Shown: one piece after another, positions 29,301 through 37,981 of the stretch
Numbering within the stretch: position 1 is the stretch's first letter
Layout of the letters: every line of letters starts with the position of its first letter
Assembly (NCBI GenBank): GCA_965267575.1
Contig: OZ254086.1
Span: 352,001-416,000 of the forward strand
Direction of reading: 5' to 3'
Origin: Calditrichales bacterium
GTDB lineage: Bacteria; Calditrichota; Calditrichia; Calditrichales; J004
DNA length: 64,000 nt
Program-made: the position numbers and the translations under genes
Notes under the pieces: generated by a model
Told to the model about the DNA's origin: nothing
What the model saw: only the letters and a program-made list of their open reading frames with translations
Database searches by the model: none

Positions 29301-29524
29301 ACCGGCTCGTAATCATAAAGGCCGGTAACCGCGGGATAGATATCTTCGATGATTTGGGCAGCCAAAAAGGCGGTGCGCTCCGTGCCCTGGTGGAAATGAA
29401 AGGTAAAGTGCTCGGTATCGAAGCTTTTCCACTCCAGTTCGGGGTGGCTGTAATCAAAATATTGCGCAAATACCGTATGGGCCGACAGGAAAAGCAGCGC
29501 CGTAAAAATCCATTTTTTCATCAA
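26381..29524 (-). CDS. Fusion of MA-clan zinc peptidase, PD40/TolB-like propellers and Omp85-like barrel
   Basis: ITHEFVH...PVWFAEG gluzincin; PVFSPDA, LSWSPDG, NPAFSNDG repeats; C-terminal GGLLGLRGY loop and DVGVELR strand. Confidence 0.82.
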   Translation of the reverse strand: MMKKWIFTALLFLSAHTVFAQYFDYSHPELEWKSFDTEHFTFHFHQGTERTAFLAAQIIEDIYPAVTGLYDYEPVERIHVIIKDTDDYSNGAAYFFNNKMEIWATNLDYVMRGTKNWLRDVITHEFVHMVSIQKTVKSNLTFPYGFFQLFGYEEERRKDVVRGFPNVLVSYPVSSINMPVWFAEGVSQYQSDAKRFDYRDPHREMIIRDRILNEQMLTYNEMSVFGKTSHGNESSYNLGFSFSKYLADRFGEKIFSDITAISGRWNSYTFDGVLEEASGVPTDTLYANWKDSLTTVYLNRTETIRANPVKGTAIEKEGFGNLYPVFSPDARKIAYVSNRGEDYFGQNFLLVYDRGTGETKEFASKISSSLSWSPDGRYIAFSKQDYNKNRSLRNDLYLLDTQADETHRITWGMRASNPAFSNDGKKLVFVSSTNGLHALNILTLPENPSDDENKTEIKFDIETGVVTNKSKNTLRPASYLGSSFSQLVAFQDGRQVYHPRWRPGDMEIVFDTSTEYGRNIGRYSLESGTFDLLLEGEEELRYPAFRKDEPNTLYYSASSTGIYNLYKRDLNSGQTELLTNVTGGAFMPAIASNGEIVYSCYDSIGYHIYLLENPQPVDPQLAQYDPAYPDNVPDKNFDDSTIKQFDTRPHQRTFTGTQILPRLLIDYGTIKPGFYVVSSDVLDEMSLVAGAAVNSDLDYDLYGYFSYRELGPELFLEAYNSTANISDTLSIKRGENRFLRFKRNVNFNLLQFRAGAAFKLWNAWDVSLSYVRSLYSAKLDPATSRDTNGDIVQIPTIRYDYLRGHEIQATISQDALRLDRFREISPSGGYYYFARYRYQRNDFIQGFATDRQLGLEDFKLYEYHQLEFSGEAYFKNPLFSSHALGLKLSGGFIDKPVDSFFNFFAGGLLGLRGYPYYSIEGRQMLIGGLTYRLPLSRNLDWKLGHIIFDKAYLGAFYEIGNAFNASKFSDIDPAEFKRDVGVELRLDTFSYNLFPTRIFVQAAYPLDEVTNADVVYPKEWRFYGGVLFEFDLRERLSPSALLRTIRR

Positions 29525-32412
29525 TGCACAACCAGTATCTTAATCCGTTTACGTTCCGTTGTTTGCGCCGATTTGGCTTCGATCTGGCACAGGTAAATAC
29601 CCGATGCGATGTCGTTCAGGTCCAGCCGCACTTCATTATCGGCATCGCCCTGCCCCGGCCCGCTGAATGTCTTGACCAGATCGCCCGCCGCGTCAAAGAG
29701 GCGCAGCGTCACCTTGGCGTCATCATTCAGGTAGTAGCGGATGATGGTAAAGTCTTCCGTGTTGGGATTGGGATAGTTGTAAAAGCGCTTGTTCGCGAGC
29801 AGGCCCCCGCCAAGATCCATGGATTCCAATACCTGCGGATTATAGTTGTAATTGTCAGCCGTGGGCATGCCCCACACTTTCGCGCCGATAAAGTCAATAG
29901 TAGCCGGCCAGGCGCTAACCCTGCCGCTGTTGGATACAACCGCCCAATCCGGCGCAACGCGGGTATCATCTCCACTCAGGGTAATCAAAACAGGCCCCGC
30001 GCTGTGGTTGCCCCCTGCCGCCAGGGGAAAGCCATCCACAATCTCACCATTTTGGTTAAGCAACAGCAGGCGCCCCAGGTTTGTGCTGATGGCGACAAAC
30101 AAATCATCCCGGTTATTTTTGATTACAGTGGGGGAACCGGTAAAAGCTTCGTCAATTTCCAGGTGTGGCGTAAAAGGAAAGGCGTCCAAAAGAAACCCCT
30201 GCTGATTCCGGGCTACAATTTTTTCCCCGGTATTATAAATAATGTCATACGATCCGTTTTGATCAAAGTCGGTCAAAGTAAACGGTGCGATAAGGCTGTT
30301 TTTAGCCTGGAACAGCTTGGATACGCTGCTGCCATCGTAAATGCTGAAGGTGTTGCTCCCGGCGGAATAGATAATTTCACGCGGTCCGGCGGCGGTCAGA
30401 AAGCCGGCGCTGTAGGTTTGCTCTATGCCGCTGAAAGACGCAAAAAGACCCGGCACAAAACGGTGTACAGGTTCGGACAATTCTTCGGTAGACAAAACCG
30501 CGCCGTCAAAAGACATGTTGATCAGTCGCGTGTCATCAACGGTAAACCACAAGGTGCCGCCGCTTACCACCAACGGTGATGACACCGTGCCACCTGCGGG
30601 CACAGCAAAAACTTCGCTGTAAAAAGCGGGGCCCGCATAAAAACTGAAAAGGGAGTCCTGCCCCGAGACAAAAAGCTGCTCATAGCGGTCGTCCTCATCA
30701 ACAGCCGCAAAGGCCATGGAAGGGAGCCCTGCTCCACCCGGCTGCACTTTCGCAAGCAAGGTCTGGTTGTCCGACAGAAGGCTCGTGGCGTTTGCCCCGA
30801 CGGCATGCACTTCGCCATTGGCGCTAAGGGCAAAAAGAAACCCCGGAAGACCGCCCGGGAAAGAGGAACGCCATACAGCGGGACCATTCCAATTCGATAA
30901 TTGCGCCGGAAAACCGGGCAGGTAAAAATTACGGCTATAATTAAAGGTAATCTGGCTGCCGGCATCGCGGCTAAAATTGCTGATGTTGATGCCGCTGCGC
31001 GCGCGGCCGCGGTTGGACCGGGCGTTGGGGATGGTGGAATCGGAAAAAGTGTTTTTATAAAGTGGTGTGGGATTGTCACGATGCCAGAAGTCAAAAATAG
31101 TGCCCAGCTCGGAATTGAATCCGGCCTGCAGAATGCTGTACTCCTCTCCGATGTCCTGGCTGCCATCCGCTTCCTCGAGGTCAACAGCGCGATGTTCCGG
31201 ATCGTTGTTGATGTTGCGGCCGCCCGTTTCACGGATCACGCCCTCGTCAATATGCCAGATCAGAACACCGGATCCGGGTAGTCCCCAGTCATAATTCTCC
31301 ACGCTCAACAATACGCCGCTGGAATCGGAAATCTCAATGCGGTCCGGCAGATAAGTCTTTAGCACCTCCATGTAAGATGGCACCTGCTGGCGCCCTTCGG
31401 ACAGTTCAAACAGCAGGCTGTCGATGTACACGTCGGGGTCACCGCGGTACTCCAGCAGGAAATGCTCATCCTCGTTCAACGGCGCCTTAAATACCTGGCG
31501 GCCGGACGCCCCGGCGGGATTAAAACGATCCAGCGTGACAGACATGTTATCGGCGCTTGGGAGTAACGGTGCTTCCCAGCCTAATTGCAGCCGGTGGAAG
31601 GCGTTGGGCGGCGCCGGTATCAAACCGCTTAGGTTAAACAAACCCGCGTCCATCAGCGAAAAACGGCCCGTACCGGAGCGCTGCTCTTCCGCGCTGAACA
31701 GATCGTACAGTCCCAGATAGCTGCCGATGTTTGACACGAAAATCCCGGTTAAAGCGGCCTCAAAACCGGCCTGGTTTTCCGTCTCCGGCAAAACAATCGC
31801 CTTATTGATGGGCACACCATCCAAAACGATATTCTGCAGCGAATCCGGGGCGTTCAGTTCAAGGAATTCCTCTGAAATATAAAGAGATGGGATGTCCTGC
31901 GGCGTCTCGTCAAAGCCAACGTTGATATCACCGCCCACCCCGGCGTGAAAAATCACCACCAGGTCATACTTGCTAAAATCGAGAGCCGGGTCTTCGTCTG
32001 CCGCCAAAACGGAATGCGCCACCAATGTGGCCAGGCCACGGTCGGTATCCTCATCGCCGGTGTTAGGGTTGTAAAAGCCCATTTTCTGTGGCAGCTTGTA
32101 CGCGTCGTTCAGGCCCTGCGGGAAAACGTCGCCTTCAATTTGCAGGCGCCCGTCAGATACCCAGTTGAAATAGTTTGCCGCAGCGATGATCTGATCTTTG
32201 AAGTAGGTGCGGTCGTGTGGCGCGGGGTCAATAGCAAACGGCTCGGTAGTCACCGTATCAATCATGAATAAGCCGTTGCCGGTGGTCAGTTCATTGCTGT
32301 CTTCCTGAAATTCCACGCGCAAAGCGGCAATGCGCAATGTGGTTGGAGTCTGGGCAAACAGGGACGGGACGAACGAAAAGAGCAGGAGCAGGAGCAGGTA
32401 TTTTTTTATCAT
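29521..32412 (-). CDS. Immune-inhibitor-A (M6)-like protein with degenerate zinc site, FG-GAP-like repeats and T9SS-type CTD
   Basis: VIFHAG, LGLYDL, FSLMD.G, R.QLGW, EHFLLEYR, GVLIWHIDE, VDLEEADG, DFDQNGSYD, YNYPNP CTD. The HExxH position reads SNIGS. Confidence 0.8.
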   Translation of the reverse strand: MIKKYLLLLLLFSFVPSLFAQTPTTLRIAALRVEFQEDSNELTTGNGLFMIDTVTTEPFAIDPAPHDRTYFKDQIIAAANYFNWVSDGRLQIEGDVFPQGLNDAYKLPQKMGFYNPNTGDEDTDRGLATLVAHSVLAADEDPALDFSKYDLVVIFHAGVGGDINVGFDETPQDIPSLYISEEFLELNAPDSLQNIVLDGVPINKAIVLPETENQAGFEAALTGIFVSNIGSYLGLYDLFSAEEQRSGTGRFSLMDAGLFNLSGLIPAPPNAFHRLQLGWEAPLLPSADNMSVTLDRFNPAGASGRQVFKAPLNEDEHFLLEYRGDPDVYIDSLLFELSEGRQQVPSYMEVLKTYLPDRIEISDSSGVLLSVENYDWGLPGSGVLIWHIDEGVIRETGGRNINNDPEHRAVDLEEADGSQDIGEEYSILQAGFNSELGTIFDFWHRDNPTPLYKNTFSDSTIPNARSNRGRARSGINISNFSRDAGSQITFNYSRNFYLPGFPAQLSNWNGPAVWRSSFPGGLPGFLFALSANGEVHAVGANATSLLSDNQTLLAKVQPGGAGLPSMAFAAVDEDDRYEQLFVSGQDSLFSFYAGPAFYSEVFAVPAGGTVSSPLVVSGGTLWFTVDDTRLINMSFDGAVLSTEELSEPVHRFVPGLFASFSGIEQTYSAGFLTAAGPREIIYSAGSNTFSIYDGSSVSKLFQAKNSLIAPFTLTDFDQNGSYDIIYNTGEKIVARNQQGFLLDAFPFTPHLEIDEAFTGSPTVIKNNRDDLFVAISTNLGRLLLLNQNGEIVDGFPLAAGGNHSAGPVLITLSGDDTRVAPDWAVVSNSGRVSAWPATIDFIGAKVWGMPTADNYNYNPQVLESMDLGGGLLANKRFYNYPNPNTEDFTIIRYYLNDDAKVTLRLFDAAGDLVKTFSGPGQGDADNEVRLDLNDIASGIYLCQIEAKSAQTTERKRIKILVVH

Positions 32413-32455
32413 CAGAAAATCTGTTTAATCCTAATAGTACTTCCGCAAAATAAGA

Positions 32456-32484
32456 AAGGGAAGTCCGGCGGGCGGGCTTCCCTT
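32456..32484 (-). terminator. Hairpin or terminator after porV
   Basis: AAGGGAAGTCCG / CGGGCTTCCCTT inverted repeat, T-rich tail on the minus strand. Confidence 0.6.
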
Positions 32485-32493
32485 AAACGGTTT

Positions 32494-33585
32494 TTAGAAT
32501 TTGATGGATAACGAAAAACGCATTGTATCGGCCAGCGGGCTCTCTTCGTTGTCAGAGATATAGCCGAAGTCAAAGCCAAAAATATCATAAACGAGACCGG
32601 CGCCAAAGGTCAGGAACTGGCGTCCGCCGTTGAAGGGCGGGTCGGCTTCATAAAAATAACCGGTACGCAGCGCGATCAGGTTGCCGTACCAGTATTCGGC
32701 GCCAAAGCTGTGTGTTACTTCTTTCCAGCGTCTTTCCGCGTCACCTTTAACCCAGCTACTCCAGAGAGCGGCGGTCACAAAGTTCTCGGCCTTTGTGCCT
32801 TCACGTCTGTAAAGCGGCTTTGTGGCGTCATAAATAAGTGTTATGCGATTGAATTCATCGTCCAGCACTTTATAGGCCAGACCTACACGCAGGTTGGTTG
32901 GCAGCGGGTCGGCCTGAGCATCATCGTTATAAGCGACAGCCGGTCCAAAGTTGGAAAGGTTCGCGCCAACGCGCAGTTTGTTCTGAAAAATATCATAGTC
33001 CGGTTGCCACAATACGCCCAAATCAAGGGCGAAAGCCGTTGCCTGTCCGTTGGTCTGTTCGGCGCCCACCTGGATGTTTTGCGGTGCCAGGTTACTCTGG
33101 ATGATTTTAAGATTGACACCAAGACCTAGGTTTTCCTGCATCTTTGTAGAGTATGATAAGGTTATGGCGTATTCCTTCGCTTCAAAGTCGCCAAGGATAT
33201 TGCCGTTTTCGTCGGTATTAGTAATTTTGCCAAGGTTGAGGTAGGTAAGACTTGCGCCAAGCATACCCACATCTTCTACATAATAACGGGCAGCCAGGTA
33301 ATCATAAAACAGATCGTCAAAATTAAACTGGGGCAGCCATTTGGCATGCATCAGTGAAATTTCACCGGGCTTGTCCGTTTCGGGATCTTCATACTGGAAT
33401 GCCAGGCCTGCCGGGTTCCAGTAAATTGCTGTCGCGTCTGTGGCCAAAGCAACGCCGCCTTCGCCCATGCCGCCGGCTTTTGCGCCAGGGGCAATTTGCA
33501 GAAACTGGACCGCTGCCGTGCTCTGTGCCAATAGATTGGCGGAAAATGCCAATACAACTGCCATCGCCAATGATAAACGCTTCAT
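32494..33585 (-). CDS. porV: PorV-like T9SS outer-membrane shuttle (paralog 2, most PorV-like)
   Basis: AVQFLQIAPGAKAGGMGE, AIYWNPAGLAF, KWLPQF..DLFY, QADPLPTNLRVG, EYWY...ALRTGYFYE, GRQFLTFGAG, SPLADTMRFSL. Confidence 0.85.
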   Translation of the reverse strand: MKRLSLAMAVVLAFSANLLAQSTAAVQFLQIAPGAKAGGMGEGGVALATDATAIYWNPAGLAFQYEDPETDKPGEISLMHAKWLPQFNFDDLFYDYLAARYYVEDVGMLGASLTYLNLGKITNTDENGNILGDFEAKEYAITLSYSTKMQENLGLGVNLKIIQSNLAPQNIQVGAEQTNGQATAFALDLGVLWQPDYDIFQNKLRVGANLSNFGPAVAYNDDAQADPLPTNLRVGLAYKVLDDEFNRITLIYDATKPLYRREGTKAENFVTAALWSSWVKGDAERRWKEVTHSFGAEYWYGNLIALRTGYFYEADPPFNGGRQFLTFGAGLVYDIFGFDFGYISDNEESPLADTMRFSLSIKF

Positions 33586-33600
33586 TTTCTAACCTCCTTA

Positions 33601-33650
33601 AAAATAAAAAACCGGTTAAATGGAAAGGCACCTTTCACACTTAACCGGTT
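33601..33650 (-). terminator. Terminator-like hairpin in the porV 5' leader
   Basis: Minus strand AACCGGTTAAGTG-t-GAAAG-gtgc-CTTTC-CATTTAACCGGTT then TTTTATTTT, directly before the SD AAGGAGG. Confidence 0.65.
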
Positions 33651-33785
33651 AATTCTCGGGCAGACATATTAAGCCGTTTGCTAAAGGTAGCGCTTTCCGC
33701 TATCGATTTTCAAAAATTCAACAGTAAAAACAATTCCTTTAACAAATGACTTATATGCTATGCTCCCAGTTTTTTGCAGGCCTTG

Positions 33786-33814
33786 AATATATAGATGCCT
33801 ATTTTGTATGTCAA
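33786..33814 (-). promoter_or_regulatory. Sigma70 promoter upstream of porV
   Basis: Minus strand TTGACA (33809-33814), 17-nt spacer, TATATT (33786-33791). Confidence 0.72.
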
Positions 33815-33852
33815 GTCCTAAAAACGACGTCCCGCCTTTATAGTTCCGCTCT

Positions 33853-34248
33853 TCAAACGCCGCGTAAATGTCTTAATAATGCGCGTGGCGGACGTATCGC
33901 TTTATTCTCGGTATTCATAAATGTATGAAGTGAAAATCCTTCGCAGATTTTTTCATCCTTTTCATTCAAAACCACATACTCAAAACGAAATTTCGCACCG
34001 GACCCGGTCAGCTTCACTTCGATGGTCAGCAGATCATCGAACTGCGCGTAACGTATAAAACGCGCAAATACTTCCAGCACGGGCATCAGGTAGCCGTCTT
34101 TCTCTAGCCTGGCGTAAGAAAAGCCCTGCGCCTTCAGCAAATCTATGCGTGCATGTTCAAACCAGACAATGTAAGCCGAGTGATGAGCAAACTGCATCTG
34201 ATCCGTTTCGGCATAGCGAACACGAATCTGGCAGCGGTGAGTGATCAT
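33853..34248 (-). CDS. Acyl-CoA thioesterase (YbgC/4HBT family)
   Basis: RVRYAETDQM..AHHSAY..WFE.AR hot-dog signature. Confidence 0.93.
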   Translation of the reverse strand: MITHRCQIRVRYAETDQMQFAHHSAYIVWFEHARIDLLKAQGFSYARLEKDGYLMPVLEVFARFIRYAQFDDLLTIEVKLTGSGAKFRFEYVVLNEKDEKICEGFSLHTFMNTENKAIRPPRALLRHLRGV

Positions 34249-34253
34249 GCCGT

Positions 34254-35216
34254 CTATTCTTCCCAGGCGCCCATGACACTGAATTTTTTGTGGCGCTGTT
34301 CTATCAGCTTGTCCGGTGAAAGCGGCATAAGCTGCTTTAGTTGCTTTACAATCGCTTCTTTGACGTGTTTGGCGGACATCTCGTAGTCAACATGTGCCCC
34401 GCCCTGCGGTTCCTTGATCACCTCGTCGACGATCTTAAGTTTTTGCAGATCCGGCGCTGTTACCTTCATGGCCTCTGCGGCCTGCGGTGCTTTGGCGGCA
34501 TCGCGCCATAAAATCGCGGCACAACCTTCCGGACTGATTACCGAATACCATGAATTTTCCATCATCAGGATACGGTCGCCAACCCCGATACCAAGCGCGC
34601 CACCGGAAGCCCCTTCACCAATGATTACGCAAATGATTGGTACCGGAAGCCGGGCCATTTCCAGCAGGTTACGGGCAATAGCTTCCGCCTGACCGCGCTC
34701 TTCCGCACCAAGGCCCGGATAAGCGCCCGGCGTATCGATTAGCGTAAGTACCGGCTTGTTAAATTTCGCGGCCAGCTTCATAACACGCAGCGCTTTACGG
34801 TAACCCTCGGGATTCGACATCCCGAAATTGCGCATTAAATTGCTTTTAGTGTCGCGACCTTTTTGCTGGCCCACAACCACCAGAGAATATTTATCAATGC
34901 GTGCCAAGCCTGTAATTACGGCGTTGTCATTGGCAAAACAACGATCGCCATACAATTCTTCAAAATAATCCGTTATACGGTGGATATAGTCCAACGTGTA
35001 GGGGCGCTGGGGATGACGCGCCAGTTGCACGCGCTGCCATCGGGTAAGATTGGCATAGATCTGCTTGCGCAGCTCAGCCGCTTTGCGCTCCAGCCTTTTA
35101 ATGTCGTCATCCATGTTGATGCCGGTTTTGGCCGTGTAATCACGCATCTCGCTGATCTTTTCTTCCAGCTCAACAACCGGTTTCTCAAATTCCAGTACAA
35201 ATCGGGTTTGTGCCAT
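34254..35216 (-). CDS. accA: Acetyl-CoA carboxylase carboxyltransferase alpha subunit
   Basis: [58 protein letters not shown]. Confidence 0.98.
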   Translation of the reverse strand: MAQTRFVLEFEKPVVELEEKISEMRDYTAKTGINMDDDIKRLERKAAELRKQIYANLTRWQRVQLARHPQRPYTLDYIHRITDYFEELYGDRCFANDNAVITGLARIDKYSLVVVGQQKGRDTKSNLMRNFGMSNPEGYRKALRVMKLAAKFNKPVLTLIDTPGAYPGLGAEERGQAEAIARNLLEMARLPVPIICVIIGEGASGGALGIGVGDRILMMENSWYSVISPEGCAAILWRDAAKAPQAAEAMKVTAPDLQKLKIVDEVIKEPQGGAHVDYEMSAKHVKEAIVKQLKQLMPLSPDKLIEQRHKKFSVMGAWEE

Positions 35217-35225
35217 CGGATATCC

Positions 35226-35951
35226 TTACAGTTTTCCTGTCATTCCCATGAAACGAAGTTTCCAGATCATGAATACCGCCTCCCACATAATTTTTTTGGA
35301 AAGCTTGGAAACTCCATATACGCGGTCTATAAAAATAATAGGTATTTCCCGGATACGAAAACCTTTTTTCCAGGCGCGGTAACTCATCTCGATCTGGAAG
35401 GCGTAGCCGTTTGAACCAACCTGGCTGAAATCCAGCGCTTCCAGGACTTCGCGACGGAAGCATTTAAAGCCGCCCGTGGCATCCTGCACGGGCATACCGG
35501 TTATAACCCGCGTGTACACATTCGCAAAATAGCTGAGCAACAACCGCCGTAAAGGCCAGTTTACCACGTTTACGCCTTTAATGTAGCGCGATCCCAGTAC
35601 AAGGTCATAGTTCTCAATAGCCTCAAGAAACTTGGGAATTTCCTTGGGATCATGGGAAAAGTCAGCATCCATTTCAAAGATAAATTCATAGCCGCGGGCC
35701 AGCGCGTATTTAAATCCTGCCAAATAGGCACTGCCCAGCCCCATTTTGCCGGGACGCTCCAATAAATGAATATGCGGATTGTTTTCCTGCAAACCTTTAA
35801 CGATCTGCCCGGTCCCGTCAGGTGAATTATCATCCACAAACAGGATATGAACGTCCTTCTGGTAGCGGGCAATCTCCTGCACCAGCCGCGGAACGTTTTC
35901 TTTTTCGTTATAAGTGGGGACTATTATCAGGGCTTTGGATGCGTCAACCAT
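35226..35951 (-). CDS. Polyprenol-monophosphomannose synthase (Dpm1/Ppm1-like GT2)
   Basis: IVPTYNE.EN, VDDNSPDGTG, GKMGLGSAY, EMDADFSHDP, GSRY, DATGGFKCFR, GYAFQIE, DRVYGVSK. Confidence 0.92.
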   Translation of the reverse strand: MVDASKALIIVPTYNEKENVPRLVQEIARYQKDVHILFVDDNSPDGTGQIVKGLQENNPHIHLLERPGKMGLGSAYLAGFKYALARGYEFIFEMDADFSHDPKEIPKFLEAIENYDLVLGSRYIKGVNVVNWPLRRLLLSYFANVYTRVITGMPVQDATGGFKCFRREVLEALDFSQVGSNGYAFQIEMSYRAWKKGFRIREIPIIFIDRVYGVSKLSKKIMWEAVFMIWKLRFMGMTGKL

Positions 35952-36849
35952 TCTGGGCTTCACTCAATTTCTTTTTTAATCGTGTTAATCCGGATCCGAT
36001 ATCGCCCGGCTCCCAGTTGATCCTGTTAACCAGCTTATCTATCACAAATGTGGAGATCATCGGGCGCGGGGCTTTTTGCTGAAGACCGGAAGACATAATG
36101 CGTTCAATCAGGTTTTTATCCAGGTTAAATACTTCTGCTACCTTTCGCGCAAAATCGTAGCGGCTGGCCGTCTCCGACCCGCTGATGTGGAACAGCCCGT
36201 ACTCCCTGTTTTGGATGAGCTTGAGCAGGCTGACGCTCACGTCCTCGGCGTATGTGGGATTACCTATCTGATCGGCCACAACGCGAATCGGTTTTTTCTG
36301 GCTGAGCCGGCTTATCACCCAGGTGGCAAAATTAAGCCGCACATCGCGTGCAAAGCCATATAAAACCTGCGTGCGCGCTATAATGTGCTCCAGGGCTGAT
36401 GAACTGACAATGTTTTCAGCAGCCATTTTACTGCGCGCGTAGTAGCCCAGCGGGTTAACATCATCCTGCTCGCGATAGTCCCCTTTTGTGCCATCAAAGA
36501 CATAGTCCGTTGAAATTTGCACAAACAACGGCTTAAAATCCTGCACCACGTCTACAATATTCTCAACCCCGCGGACGTTGGTGTTCCAGCATAACTCTTT
36601 TTCTTCTTCACTGCCGTCCACATTCGTATAGGCGGCGGCGTTGATAATAATTTCCGGTTGCACATCCGTAAGCAGATCGCTCATCTGCTGGCGGCTTATC
36701 ATATCCACCTGGCGGTATTCCACCTCTTTCTGCAAAAATTTTGGCCCGGCCGAACGTGACGAGGCGATCACCGAAAAATGCGGTGCAAAGTGTTCCACCA
36801 GGTTTTGCCCCAGCAGACCATTGGCACCAAATATCAGCAGCTTCTTCAT
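35944..36849 (-). CDS. rmlD: dTDP-4-dehydrorhamnose reductase
   Basis: GANGLLG, NAAAYTNVD, ISTDYVFDG, PLGYYARSK, DQIGNPT, APRP. Confidence 0.88.
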   Translation of the reverse strand: MKKLLIFGANGLLGQNLVEHFAPHFSVIASSRSAGPKFLQKEVEYRQVDMISRQQMSDLLTDVQPEIIINAAAYTNVDGSEEEKELCWNTNVRGVENIVDVVQDFKPLFVQISTDYVFDGTKGDYREQDDVNPLGYYARSKMAAENIVSSSALEHIIARTQVLYGFARDVRLNFATWVISRLSQKKPIRVVADQIGNPTYAEDVSVSLLKLIQNREYGLFHISGSETASRYDFARKVAEVFNLDKNLIERIMSSGLQQKAPRPMISTFVIDKLVNRINWEPGDIGSGLTRLKKKLSEAQNG

Positions 36850-36940
36850 GTGAGATTAAGTCCATCCATGTTGAAAAATTTTAAATTTAAAGAAATAGCC
36901 AAAACAGCGCAATGAAGTCCAAAAACGCTTTTGCCCTGAC

Positions 36941-37981
36941 CTAATTTTCTTCAGCCTCGTCAGCAAAGCGAAAAGTTGATGCAATCACTTCAAGCTGGTC
37001 GAGAAAAGGCTTTTTCTTTTTGTCGGGCGCCATTACCGCTATATCGAGCATATAAAAAGCGTTTTCATCCGGCTTGTGGATGGCGTACATACGAAAAGGT
37101 CCGCCCACAAACAGAGAATCGTTTTTCCAGGTGCCCACCATTTTGCGTGTTCTTTCACCGTGAAAATCAACGATCGATACATAGCTTTCTTCGGTTACTA
37201 CGGAATCACCGGCATAATATTTATAGGTCATAGCATTCCTGATGGCTATCAGGCTGTCCTTGGTCAGCATACTGCTGTCTGCCTCCACACGCCAGATAGA
37301 AAGCCAGCGGTCCGGGTTTATGCGCCTTAGCCAGACATACTTGTTCTCCGGGTTTTGTGTAGCCAGAAAATAGTCGTGTTGTACGCGCACGGCGTAGCCG
37401 TATTCGGAGGCCAGGTACTCTTCCATATCTTCCTGTTCGGCCCTTTCGTACATGCTTTTCTTCAGCCGGGCAAAATACTTTTCTTCAAATGTATTGTAGA
37501 TTTCATCCTTGACCCGTTGAAAATTGCCGTTGAACTCTGCGGCTGTCGGCGCCATCATGAACATGGCAATCTGCCCGCGGGCAAAAAGGTCATCCTGGAA
37601 AAAATAGAAAGCGCGGTTTTGATTTACCTGGTCGATAAACTGCTGCGGCAGGCTTTGCAACAGGTAGTCATTCACTTCAGTGCCGGGCTGCGTAGTGCCT
37701 ACAAACAAAATATTCATGCGCTCATTAAGCCCGTTAAGATCGGATAAGGGATGCCATTGCAGCTCAAAGCGCCTTTCCGCGCGCGGGGTGTAGATAAAAT
37801 TGTTAAAGGTAAGTTCCACATCTTTGCCCACCTGCTCCCACAAAACAGAGTCGGCAAACACATAAATGCCATCAGGCACACCGAGTGCCTCAGGTTTATA
37901 ATCGCACGCGAAGCCGGTTAACAGTATGAGCAGCAGGCCGGTTAGGCCGGTTTTAGAAATCTTCTTTAATGGCTTTAACAT
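36941..37981 (-). CDS. DUF4837-like lipoprotein
   Basis: Lipobox TGFAC, G.W....GGPF and APDKKK..LDQLE.IA.TF C-terminal pattern. Confidence 0.75.
   Translation of the reverse strand: MLKPLKKISKTGLTGLLLILLTGFACDYKPEALGVPDGIYVFADSVLWEQVGKDVELTFNNFIYTPRAERRFELQWHPLSDLNGLNERMNILFVGTTQPGTEVNDYLLQSLPQQFIDQVNQNRAFYFFQDDLFARGQIAMFMMAPTAAEFNGNFQRVKDEIYNTFEEKYFARLKKSMYERAEQEDMEEYLASEYGYAVRVQHDYFLATQNPENKYVWLRRINPDRWLSIWRVEADSSMLTKDSLIAIRNAMTYKYYAGDSVVTEESYVSIVDFHGERTRKMVGTWKNDSLFVGGPFRMYAIHKPDENAFYMLDIAVMAPDKKKKPFLDQLEVIASTFRFADEAEEN

Noticed and set aside
29524-30579. Long plus-strand ORFs (also 15393-16229, 39475-40260, 40396-41430, 54379-55194, 56494-57360)
   Set aside because: All lie opposite well-supported genes, carry no recognisable motifs, and are expected from codon bias in GC-richer genes.
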